Source: Phoronis australis (taxonomy: Eukaryota > Animalia > Phoronida). From it: DNA of 64,000 nucleotides. Where the stretch lies: contig NMRA01000266.1 of the NCBI GenBank assembly GCA_002633005.1, positions 516,869-580,868 of the forward strand, in the 5' to 3' direction. The notes below the pieces were generated by a model, which saw only the letters and a list, made by a program, of their open reading frames with translations, had not been told where the DNA came from and did not search any database. Of this stretch, positions 11,601 through 22,100 are shown piece after piece; positions within the stretch are counted from its first letter, which is position 1; each line of letters opens with the position of its first letter. The translations under genes were made by a program, and so were the position numbers.

Positions 11601-14600
11601 CCTAGACGTCCTTATGAGATGAGAACTCGAGAGTCTTCTGTGGTAACTGATGCTGTAGGAAATGGTGTACAATTAGAAACTGTTTCTTCAGATTCTGAAA
11701 GTTCGCATTCGCAGACAGTGACAGAATTGACATCTGAATCCACTGTCAGTCAGGACTCTGTGTTGTCATGGAAACAGCTAAGTCACACCCACTCCGCCTC
11801 CACTGAGACTGGTGAAGTGGCTGATACACAAGAGACCGCGTCTTCGGTGGCAGCAGCCCCCTCTGTTGTTGAGCCAGATAGTGCGAGTTCATTTTCATCT
11901 GTATCCGAAGGTCTGAGTGTAGCTACTGACCGCGACGTGGTCCAGTCTCCACATTGTGACTCAGCATCTTCAGAATCTTCAGCATCCAGCTCAGTTACCA
12001 CAAAGGCAGAAGACAGTGAAGACGTGTTGTCTTCTCAAACTGAACCCGTGGTTGTACAGTCTTCCTCTGGTGAAACTAAGGAAAGTGAGGTTGTCTCCAC
12101 TCCTCAGCTACAGTTGGAAACCAAAGTTGCTACTGACGAGATTGGGATAGCGTCGGACATATCATCAACCACAAATGAGGAGGTCTCCGCCACCACATCT
12201 ACCAAAGAGGTTACGACCCCGGTCGTTGACGAGTCTCAGGTCATCCACGCGCACGATACTAAGGAAGCGGTGGATCTCCAGCCAGTAGCGCCCTCTGGCA
12301 CCCTCATCAAGAAACTCATGCCCAAACGCGATGTGGTGATAATGAAGCTGAGTAACAACATACGTGCCTTGGAGGCCAACCTGTCTCTGACTAATTTGTA
12401 AGTAGAGTCCGCTCTATAATTGTTGTAATTGACGGGGCTTGGAATTTTCCTCATTTAAGAGGATTTCCTCTTTTTTGGTTTTAATTTCCTCGTATTTGAT
12501 TTCCAATTTCTTCTTTTCATCTCTTTTTATCACTATTTTGACTTAATTCGTGCAAAAACACTCATTTCAGTTAAATTTTACTACACACAAAAATTTCTAG
12601 CACACAAGCCTATTAATTTGTAGAATGATACATCACCTAGAAAAATTTCCGCTTTTTTTCAAATTTTTCATTCTAAGCCCTGAACTGAGCTTATGTAGGA
12701 CATTTTTGAGATGTCTGTGTAAATAGTCAAATATCTACATTGATGGCTTGCAGAATACAACACAAAAACAAATAAACTTTACATGCAACCCATCGCCAAC
12801 CTATTGGGCATATTAATTCACCTGAATGCCCATTAAATTATCGAATATAGGCAATTCCTGCAGCAATCTAGCGCCCTAATAAAAAGAACTTGCAAGAGAT
12901 TCTGGATAATTTAGAAACAAGTCTAGAGGGAGCACTCACTTGGAAACTGTGTACTTAAGCTGTTATATCAGGCACAACAAAAAGTCAAGTAAATTTTGAT
13001 CACGTGCTTTACATGGAAAACCCCATATTTACCGAAAATAGGAACGCTAAAGAATCTGATCGTTGATTGGTTACCAATCTGTCATCAGTTTGGTCACGTG
13101 ACCATATCTTTATCTTTATTGAAGCAAAAAAGAAACCAAAGTACATTCAGATAGCTAAACATCAGTATTGATAACGTGATGCAAATGCTGGAGATGAGAT
13201 CTCAAAAACGCTGGCACGGTTTTGTATTGTGTGTTTATTGGATATCTGGTGCTATTGTTCTTCAATGCATATTTGTTAGTGTTGACTTGTGATCCTACCA
13301 ATGATTGTGATCTTGCAGAACACGTCACTGAAGTGTCTAATGTCTGTTATGTCGCAGGTACTTGCAGGAACTTAGTCAGAAGTATAGAAAACAGAGAGAA
13401 GAGATGCAGAGAGCCCTCAATTGGACGATGGAGAAACTAATGAATACGACTAGGGAGGCGGAGCAAAAGGTAAGTCGAGTGTGAGGTACGTGTAGGTAGC
13501 TAAATGTTTTGTAAAATTTTATTTACTACTAGAGATGTCCCTTAGAACTCTGGCCTACCAAAGCATTTGATTAAGAACTGCACTAGATTTGTGTTTGAGT
13601 TTGAAATTACTTTGTTTGCATATTTTCAAACTTACACCACATTCTCCTGCGCTCTCAACTACAGAAGAAGTCTACAAGACCAGTGTTATTCTTGCTTGTT
13701 TAAATACAGCACAAGACGAAAGTAATCGAATAAAATACAGCACAAGACAAAAGTGATCGAATAAAATACAGTTTCCCCTCCACGGCGACTAAATTTCAAC
13801 GTCAGGACGATAACTGTCAGTGCGGCAAACTTTTAATTACAGTGTGGCTTAGCCACGCACAAGCTTTACTGATTCCGTTCATTCTCAGCCATGGTGGAGA
13901 GCAGTTTTGACAACTGATTTGGCTTCCACCCAACTGTTGTGGTGGGAATTCCGCGTCATTTTGTCTGAATTTTTTTTCGTTTACTGTAGTTATGTTGAGT
14001 GCTGCATCAGCTGGTCAAGAATGGCCAAGTTCAAAGGAAAATAAATAAAGAATAAAAGGGCTTATTAAACTATGTATTCCATTCTTTCCATTGTATAACT
14101 GTAGAAAGCATGAGGACTGTGTCAACCTTCTTATGCCATGACAGTGACCATCATAATACTGAATTAAATTAAAGGGATCGACACTCGTTATTGTGTCAAA
14201 AAGGATGTTTAAATACACACCATAATTCAATTAATAGTTCTAAATAATAGAGCACTCTTGGGTATTGAGCATTACCTTGCCATAGTTGGGAACGACTAAT
14301 CACCCTGCTTGACCGCATTAAACACTTACTCCCTCTACAGGAGGTTGAGCGTAACAAAGACATGCAGCAGCTGCAGGCAACCATCTCAGAGATGTCAGCG
14401 TCGCTGCGTGCGGTAACGGAGCGCATGAACCACTTCCAGCAGGATGTAATCTCGCGTCACGTGATCCTAGTCTTCATCGAGATGTTGTTCATGGCCTTCA
14501 TGCTTGTGCTGTTCTGTCGAGGGCCGCGCCGGAGAGCCACCGTGAGTGATTACAACAACTTATTATCTGTCAATACATAATTGTTAATTTCAGTCTTTTG

Positions 14601-16886
14601 TTTCTCTCTGAATTGCGTTGCTGCCATTAAAGTCAACGAGGTGTGGTTTGCTATTTATTCAAGCGTAACTAAAACTTTACATTCAAAACATATTAATTTA
14701 ACCTATGTGTACTGTCCATGATTGTCTCTTTATCCATTTTAGTCTAATTTTTTAGTCTATCATGGCAGCGACTTGTTTATTCCGTTTTGTTAAGGGTTTT
14801 CCCCTGTTGGAAAGATTATGAACTAAAGTCTATAGTTTTATTTTTGATAATTCTGAAGTTGGACCATAGCTGCAAAATCATCTTCAAATTTTAATGTTTA
14901 CATTCATAGATAAGATACAAGAATATTTTACTGTTGGTGTTTGCATTGTTGCCTTGACTACTGGCCATTTCAGAGTGAATCCTCCGTTGAAAGAGTTAGG
15001 CACCCTTCAGCACAAAGGTCGCTTGTGCGTAAACATTCCGCCGACGGAACGATCGGTCATGAACCACCGGATAGACCTGTGCACAAAAGAGCAGTCAGCT
15101 TTGGGGATCTGACTCAAAGGAATGATGGTAAAGTTTGAATTTTGCATTCTAGCGACATATTCGGTCTCCATCGAAAAAATAATGGCAGGCGGTCTGGTAC
15201 ACGTTGTACCAGACATGCGCAGGCCGCTTAGTTGGGCCTATTGTACTGATCACTTGGAAGCATATTTATGCTTTATGAAATCAATGTATAGTCAAAATTG
15301 AGCTGAGGAGCTCGAAACCTGACTCAAGGGGCAAGCAGCATGGCCGAATGCGACTCGAACCCTCGACCTTTGGTAAAGAAGGCACACACCTATCTCACAG
15401 GACCACACTGCCTTTTTGGCTCTGGCATTTAATCACAAAGTTTTATTTAACAACAATTAGTTGTATTTAAAATTTATGAACACCACTTTTGTTGTTTGTA
15501 CTTTCACAGTTTAGTATTCAAGCTAACGTAAAACAGATTTCAGACAGTTTAGCACACCAACGTGGCACCTGCAAGTTCTACCCTGGAGATTGTGAAGTTG
15601 TGGAATACTGTTATAAATTTGAACTGATAGTATTGATATTGTGTAGCACTGAAACACTGTTCCAAGGTAACAATTTCACTAGTTGTGCAGACGTGGTGTG
15701 CAGACGCAATGTGACGCTTAATAATATGAGGGTGTCCCTTATGATTATTATAGGATCTTTAGCTTTCAGGCCTCGGGATTTCATTTAGTCTCTCACAGTC
15801 AAAATCCTTTTACATTCAGCCAGACGTCCGAAGAACAGTTAGTTTATTGCACCTCAGCTCTTATGTCAAGTGAAGGTTACTCGAAATTGAAATTCTGCAT
15901 TAAGGCTTTAATACTACTGTCTACATTTCTGAGTGTCTTTTCAGTGTTCGCAACTTCCTGGACCCATGGAACTCCAGAGGTGGATTTAGAATTCTCGTGT
16001 ATGTTCGACGACAATTGATTTCTTTCGTTTACCAATCTCCTTTTCATTTGCAGATGCGGATGGGGACATTGCAGTTATTGAACCACAGGACATCTTTGCT
16101 TCAGACACAATGCCAGTAAGTACCACCCACTACTTCTAGATCTAGCACATCTCCATGTTAGCTGCTTTCTGGACCTGAGTACAATCCGATTCCAAAGAAG
16201 GCCCAGAACAAGAGTTTTGTTGGTGTATTCCTTCTTGAGTAGCGAAATTTGCATCTGCTGTGATCTGTACATCTTGAGTATATTACAGCTTTGTGTAAAG
16301 ACTTCGTAACGTAGACGAAAATATTAAATTTTTTACTATTGAATCGTACAATTCTTTCGTCAATTACAATTTACATCAACGTACTATTGAATAATTATTA
16401 TTGCTTCAGCACGCCAGCGCCCCCAAGAGGAAGAAAAAACGCAAGTCACAACAAGGCAAGCTATTCCATTCCAAGTCAGGCTCTGATGTGTGTCCTGTCA
16501 CCAAACAGCATTCCTCCGCAGACCTTACTATGTCACCCGCAGGTCTTCTGTTCGGGGTTTCCCAGAAGCCAGTAGTTAAGGGCAGTCTTGTGCCCTCTCG
16601 GTCCAATAGTAACCCTGTAGTAAAAGTGCATGATTCAAAGCAAGGTAGTCACGCTTATGGTAATTTTAATGAGAAAAAGAGGATTGGGAAGACGGGTTCT
16701 GAAAGTACCGTTAAACCTGTGAAGCGTGTGTCCAATGGCATAGTTATTAGGAAAGATGAACATGGGACCGGCAATGGAGAGTTGAGATATGTGGCGCCCT
16801 CTTGTGCCGTGGAGAGTATTGGGCAGGTAGATAATTCAGCTTGGTCTCGCTTCTTTGGTGGTAATAACAAACTACTTAAAAACTGA
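2530..16886 (+). CDS. SUCO: SUN domain-containing ossification factor-like protein (5'-truncated by window), 15 exons seen
   Basis: Phase-consistent GT-AG exons 2530-2661, 3190-3299, 3942-4124, 4836-5043, 5604-5714, 6383-6476, 7756-7930, 8833-8952, 9580-9747, 10726-12397, 13358-13469, 14341-14541, 14974-15127, 16054-16115, 16410-16886; motifs [74 protein letters not shown] segment, basic KRKKKRK tail. Confidence 0.93.
2689..2783 (-). mobile_element. LINE2/SINE-type 3' tail (stem-loop followed by (TAAA)n)
   Basis: (TATT)n run abutting gagggt..cagtgatagcactg..gccctc stem-loop, typical of L2-clade 3' ends. Confidence 0.5.
3190..3299 (+). CDS. SUCO: SUCO exon
   Basis: ttgcag|...cag|gtact, [11 protein letters not shown]..., phase 2/1. 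Confidence 0.7.
3484..3592. repeat. 16-bp tandem repeat, ~6.5 copies
   Basis: Unit gaggtcagtcttagcc. Confidence 0.9.
3942..4124 (+). CDS. SUCO: SUCO exon (FEEWKKK motif)
   Basis: ttgtag|...|gtgagg; conserved pre-SUN motif. Confidence 0.9.
4836..5043 (+). CDS. SUCO: SUCO exon (SUN domain start)
   Basis: [42 protein letters not shown]; donor gtgagt. Confidence 0.95.
5604..5714 (+). CDS. SUCO: SUCO exon (SUN domain)
   Basis: [37 protein letters not shown]. Confidence 0.95.
6383..6476 (+). CDS. SUCO: SUCO exon (SUN domain)
   Basis: [31 protein letters not shown]; accag| and |gtaacc. Confidence 0.92.
6462..6612 (+). repeat. Decayed ~38-bp tandem repeat (4 copies) starting in the exon end and containing the splice donor
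   Basis: ctgccaaatcacaggtaacc core recurs at ~6462, 6501, 6540, 6579. Confidence 0.8.
6717..6876. repeat. 44-bp tandem repeat, ~3.6 copies
   Basis: Unit gaaaagcgttgagcaaactcagaacaagtcttgcttttttgcaa. Confidence 0.92.
7055..7500 (+). repeat. ~50-bp minisatellite, ~8 copies (N at 7256), derived from a SINE body
   Basis: Unit cacactgctagacccttgagtcaggtctctagatacttgacctagtgggg; last unit continues into sequence matching the SINE at 15285-15412. Confidence 0.9.
7756..7930 (+). CDS. SUCO: SUCO exon (SUN domain end)
   Basis: [31 protein letters not shown]; donor gtgagc. Confidence 0.95.
8190..8820. repeat. Degenerate (ATC/CAT)n microsatellite tract with a ~170-bp insertion
   Basis: catcatcac/attgtcatc low-complexity sequence, interrupted at ~8428-8597. 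Confidence 0.8.
8833..8952 (+). CDS. SUCO: SUCO exon
   Basis: [18 protein letters not shown] post-SUN helix; ttccag| and |gtaagg, phase 1/1. Confidence 0.85.
9580..9747 (+). CDS. SUCO: SUCO exon
   Basis: ttttcag|...|gtgagt, open frame [12 protein letters not shown]..., phase 1/1. Confidence 0.8.
10726..12397 (+). CDS. SUCO: SUCO large S/T/E-rich exon containing a 600-bp tandem duplication
   Basis: ttacag|...|gtaagt; ends in [24 protein letters not shown] coiled-coil motif. Confidence 0.9.
10768..11966 (+). repeat. 600-bp period tandem duplication, single N at junction (11367)
   Basis: 10768-11366 vs 11368-11966, about 12 substitutions by eye. Confidence 0.95.
12433..12682. mobile_element. 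hAT-type MITE (family also at 17938-18157 and 23765-23995), probable 6-bp TSD
   Basis: Termini cggggcttggaat...attctaagccctg; flanks aattga/aactga. Confidence 0.7.
13358..13469 (+). CDS. SUCO: SUCO exon (coiled coil)
   Basis: [37 protein letters not shown]. Confidence 0.93.
13702..13771. repeat. 31-bp direct repeat, ~2.3 copies
   Basis: aaatacagcacaagac(g/a)aaagt(a/g)atcgaata. Confidence 0.8.
14341..14541 (+). CDS. SUCO: SUCO exon (coiled coil + transmembrane helix)
   Basis: ...[27 protein letters not shown]; ctacag| and |gtgagt. Confidence 0.92.
14974..15127 (+). CDS. SUCO: SUCO exon (cytosolic tail)
   Basis: tttcag|[10 protein letters not shown]...KRAVSFGDL|gtaaag, phase 0/1. Confidence 0.8.
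15285..15412 (-). mobile_element. tRNA-derived SINE
   Basis: Minus strand has A-box-like tgtggtcctgtgagatagg and B-box ggttcgagtc followed by ccccttgagtcagg body. Confidence 0.75.
16054..16115 (+). CDS. SUCO: SUCO exon
   Basis: ttgcag|[21 protein letters not shown]|gtaagt, phase 1/0. Confidence 0.85.
16410..16886 (+). CDS. SUCO: SUCO last coding exon
   Basis: cttcag|[12 protein letters not shown]...KLLKN-TGA. Confidence 0.88.
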   Translation, partial: HASAPKRKKKRKSQQGKLFHSKSGSDVCPVTKQHSSADLTMSPAGLLFGVSQKPVVKGSLVPSRSNSNPVVKVHDSKQGSHAYGNFNEKKRIGKTGSESTVKPVKRVSNGIVIRKDEHGTGNGELRYVAPSCAVESIGQVDNSAWSRFFGGNNKLLKN

Positions 16887-17937
16887 CGATTATTTAATGA
16901 AGTTGAAAAACTGAAGAGAATGCTTTTTAAGTTTTAGATGTGTTCAAATCCGAGGATATTTTGTATTGTGGGAGAATCAAGCTGTTAGCTTCTACGGTTA
17001 ATTCCATGACCCGCGAGACTGGAAATGTTTTGAATGGTTGTATTATCTTTTGTCGTCAAGTACCATTATTTTGTTCTCATTGTTTATTAGTTTGTCAGTC
17101 TGAAAAGGGTTCAAAATGTATTATTTATTCTGTCCTGTTGTGTTGAAGGTCATACCTGGTTTGACCAGAATTTTTCGCCATTCTGGACATTTAATGTGCA
17201 ATGAATGTAATGGAGATGATGTCATGTTTGTGATTGTTATATTCATGAATAATATTCTGGGGGTAAAACTGTGATTACCATTTTGAACAAAAGATGTCAC
17301 TTCACGACCCCCATGAAACGGTTGGTTCTAAAACTGTTGTCACCAGTATTACCCTAGTTGTTAATTTGCCTTTGATTGTGTGGAACGAGTCTATGGTGTC
17401 TGACTGTTGTTGTGAAACTCGAGTGCAAGCTTTAAAGTTTAGGGCTTCGCTGGAGAGAGCATGTGAACTTGTGTAAAAATCAACTTTGCTCATCTTTTCT
17501 TGAAAATCTCATTTTAATTTAGAAGAAAGTTAAGATTATTTAAGCAACTTTCAAAGGCACGTCTTTTTATGCAGGTCTCGAACACCACTGCATACGGTCA
17601 GCTGTTCCCTAGTTCAAAATCATTCCTCGAAGAAAAAAATGGTGAATATTAAATTTTGTAGGACGTTGTCGAAATCAGAAGTTAGTTTCTCTGACGATCG
17701 ATGGCAGGGTTATAATCACTTGAGGTCTTCCAACACAATGATGTATCAGTTATTTGTACATTGACGTATTTCTGCAAACAAAACTTTTCATCTGCTTGTA
17801 ATAACCTATTTCACAGGTTGATGTAGTTATAAGCTCTGTGGTTAACATGGTGTTCACACGACATAATTATGGAACAAAATGACCCAGGATTCAATGTTAT
17901 GACAGACGACTGGGGTCAAGTTACCGCCAGCTAGAAT

Positions 17938-18157
17938 TAGGGCTTGGAACTTTATCTTTAAGAGGATTTGCTTTTTGATTTTTTTTCCAGTTTTGTCTTT
18001 TTCGGTCTTTTCTCGTTTTGGACTATTCATGCAAAAACGTTTATTTCAGTAAAATTTTACTTCACAAAAATATTTCTATCACTCAAGTCAATTACTTGTG
18101 GAAGAATAAGTCACCATGAAAATTTTCCTCTTTTGTCATTAGTCATTTCAAGCTCTG
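17938..18157. mobile_element. hAT-type MITE copy in SUCO 3' UTR
   Basis: tagggcttggaa...tttcaagctctg termini; internal match to 12433-12682. Confidence 0.65.
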
Positions 18158-18442
18158 AGACAACTAATGAAGAATCATTACCATTAGTGATGGCGAAACA
18201 GTATTTTGTCCGATTGCTTTTGCTGTGTGCTGTACTTCTGTTGCATTTCATTGATTCAAAAAGATTGTCAAGTACCAGGAAATATTTGTATGACGCAAGC
18301 GCCGATTCGTCATTGACAGCCATCGTTCATTGTCTTATTGAGTAATCTCATGACAGAGCCGGATTGCATTAACTACTTAAAGCTGTTACCTAGTAATCGA
18401 GTCTAACTAGCAAACAAGTTTCTAAGTTTTATGCAACCCCAG

Positions 18443-18780
18443 CTGGGCCTGGTATCCAACCTTTTTACTCGAAGTGAAACTCAAAATTATGTAAGGCATT
18501 TTCTACTCTTACTTTTGTGTGAGCTCAAGGTAAGTGTCTATTATTCTATGCTCGAGTACATAATGACTTATGTGAATAATTTATTAGTCCTAGTTTACAG
18601 TTGGATAAACCCAACATTAAGACTAAAAGTTCGAGTTTGAACTCGAAATTTTGCGTTTTTACTCGAGGTTGTAGCACGAATATAAGGGTCTTCAAGTGCA
18701 TACTTGGGATTAGAAACTCACATGCGTAGAGTATGTATTCGAGTTGGTTTCGAGTACAAAGATTAGAGACTGGGCCCTGG
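18443..18780. mobile_element. MITE with imperfect TIRs in SUCO 3' UTR
   Basis: ctgggcctggtatccaa ... ttagagactgggccctgg, internal actcga(a/g) repeats in both orientations. Confidence 0.5.
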
Positions 18781-18898
18781 TGTGCCATTTGAAAATGATA
18801 GCTGATTTGTACAACTGAGGCTAGGTCAAAGGTTACTATTGTCACAGTACATACTGTCTGGAGTTATACTGCGAACCTAACTGTTATGTTAAATTGTT

Positions 18899-18904
18899 AA
18901 TAAA
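18899..18904 (+). terminator. Candidate SUCO polyadenylation signal
   Basis: AATAAA followed by T-rich tract about 2 kb after the stop codon. Confidence 0.5.
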
Positions 18905-19168
18905 TATTTAAATTATTTCTTTATGTTTTCATATGGCAGAGATTTTAGCCACAACTCGCGAAAAACTCAACGTTTTCACCACAAATTAACGAGCAGTTGG
19001 CGAGAAAAACAATTTCAGCCCAAGAAATTGTACAATATTTTTTAATTTTCGACAGCATTAAATAGTACACCAGTATTCACACTTTCATGTTTCATAAAAT
19101 AAACTCTAATGGCTGTGTCTCCTTCAGAGGGCGCTGTCCATCCAATAAGCACACGGTACTGTTTACAT

Positions 19169-19190
19169 TCAGTTGGCATTTCCAGATGGT
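19169..19190 (-). CDS. EIF3G: eIF3g exon 9 (C-terminus)
   Basis: ttacag|A CCA TCT GGA AAT GCC AAC TGA. Confidence 0.88.
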
Positions 19191-22100
19191 CTGTAAGTAA
19201 AACAAGCATAAGACTTCAACGGATCACCAACAGAACTTCGGAAGCCCATGCGTAAGACGACTTTGGTGAGCTTGCGCAAGCTCGTGTTACTGAGTTGGAC
19301 TACCCGAACAACACAGCTCACGCACTCAGGAACTCTGCTCGGAGACCAATAAACTCAGATCACCGACTCACAAACATAGCTTGTACAGTTTACAGGAGCA
19401 GGGGCCATACTTTTTGGGTGCATATGTCATGTTGTGTGAGGTCACGCTAGTGACTCAGTGAACTGTTCATAGGTCTGTGAACAGTGTTCATGAGCAAGAA
19501 GCTATGTTAAGTAATGCTTGAACCATGATGTTGTACGGGTACCCTGTGAAAAGCCAGTGTATCACAAGTAACTTGATCTTACTGGTGTAAACTTGGAAAA
19601 TGACAGACACTTGAGAAATCGGCCAGCGAGGCTTAAATGTCGAGTTGTTAGAGAAAAGCAATATTTTCTTGTTCGGAATTCATTATTGATAAAGATGACT
19701 GGAGCAAGCTTTTCAACATTGTTGAAAAGAGTCTTGTTTTACCACAGTCTTCGGCAGTCTTCTTTAAGTCCACCACGTAACGGTTAGTGGCGAAACCAAG
19801 AGATTCAAACACGGACAGAAACGTCAAAAATAACACGACATACCATTGAGCTTGACTTAGCTTGGTTTAAGAATCTCACGGATTACTAGAATTACGGTAC
19901 ATGACCCGCTTTCAAATAGCAATCTCCGGAAAACATTATTTTGAAAAGGACAATAGTCGGATATAACGTGCCCGCATTATGAGTGCCCGCATTATGAGAA
20001 CCAGTGTTACGCCCGTTATTCAGTGGCGAAAACTGGTTCTCATAATGCAGGCACGTTACGCGCGACCGTTACCTTGGAAACGTGAACGTCACTACACATC
20101 TATAACTTGTACAAACACAATCCTTCACATGTTGACACCCTATCTCACATTCGACTTTTTCCAGTTTTCAAACTTTGGTCGGAGATCAATGTCGCAATAC
20201 AGCCTCTAACCACTGCAGACAGCACACACCACAGGTATTCAGACAAAACGACCGAAGATCCTCGTCATGATGGCTCGCGAAAACTGAATTCTTCGCCAGA
20301 TTTATCATACCCTCATGACAAAGAATTAACTAGAAAGTTAGAAAGGTGGCGCCACAATAGCTATTACTAGTCATTTTTGCTGTTAACAGATTTAGCCGTA
20401 ACAAAGAGGAAACATTATTTTGTCTGATTACTTGTGTCTTTACTGTAAATACGTTCTGCAGTAGTTCAAGATGAAGAACCCCAGAGGAGACTTACTTGGC
20501 CCATTCCACGTTCAGAATAAGATGGTCGTAACCGAACCCGGCCAATCCATTTATAGCCCTGGCTGCGTCTTCTTTTTTCTGGTAGTTTATAAAAGCAAAT
20601 CCCTGTAAACAAGTAAACAAAAATTAATAACATGATGACAGCAAAGTTGATTTGCTCTAACGTTTGGTTTTAAGTTAAAGATGAATTGTCTCATTAAATT
20701 GTGAATATGCAAATAAAGTACTAATTTACAAACAAGCTCAGGTCCTCCAGTGTACCGCAAACCATCCGAGAATCAGTTACCATTACAATCTCGCGAAAGT
20801 CTCATTTATCAGACTATTTTTATGTAAATGAGTACAGTAATATTTCATCGTTATCCTAACAAAACATGGCATATTTTTGATTATTTGCTTATTTTATTAT
20901 TTGTTTATTTTATTGTTTATTTATTTTTAATGACTGTGTAATATTTGGAATTACTAGGCTTTTTAAATATTCACACTTGTTTTTAAGTGTATCAGTTATA
21001 GTGTGGCCATCGCTACAAAAACAAAACGTCCAGTTTTCCTTAAACTCAGTTTCCCTTTCATTATTAAGAAGAATAACGTGAAGATTGAATCAGTTCTAAT
21101 CGGTTTGCCACCAGATGGCGCTAAAAGAGCCTCAAATCCCTAGAGGTTGAACGCACTCTGCAGTAAAAGTAGTCCCCAGGTATGTATGCTTACCTTAGAC
21201 TCTCCCGTAACTTTATCCTTGGCCAGGAATATCCTCTGAAGAGCTCCAAACGGCCTAAAGAGTTCATTTAAGTCAGATTCCCTCGTGTCCAGCGACAAGT
21301 TCGTAACGCGTATAGTGGCAGTCTCATCTGAAATAGTACCAAGCACATTTTACCAACGCCAGCAACAGTTAATATTTGTCCGTCATCCTCACCAATGATA
21401 AAAAAGTCTTAAAACTACACCTTTCTGAATACCACTTTCAACCCATAAAACAAAATGCCATGTAAATGCCTGATAACGACAGATGTTTGGCGTGCCAGAT
21501 ATAATGGGAGTCGTTTGGAATTCTTCAAAAAAGTTTCAGGCACAACAAATCATCAAAACTTCCAGGTTCTGTGAATAGCTTGAAAGTCATGACTCTTCAG
21601 TGCTGTTATTCTGTCGCAACAAACAAATGACGTAAACAGGAAGGGATAAACACTCAAATGACAACGACTTCACATAAAACTTTCATTATTCAAGCCAATA
21701 ATTTTTGCAAAGATTTCCCTCGATTATGTATTGAAGAACCAAAGCTAAACACTGCCACTCACCACATGTGAATCAGTGTTAAGTTCTATTGCACAAGTTG
21801 AACTACATATCTCACTGAGAATATCCCTTTAAGTTAGCCAACTCAATGTTACCTAGCAACCAACTGAATGTTACCTAGCAACAGCCTACCTCTTGTTTTT
21901 GAGTACATGGTTTCACCTCTGCTTTTGGCTCCTTCCCTCATGCTGGGAGGCACGTACTTGTTGCCTCCAGCCATACTGGGCTTCTGGGGGGCAACTACTG
22001 CGGAGTCTGGACCCGGGGCCTTGTCCTCTGTTGTAGCTACGTCTTGCTGCAATTAACAGTCACCATAGCAACGGCGTGGTAAACAATCCTAGGACATTTT

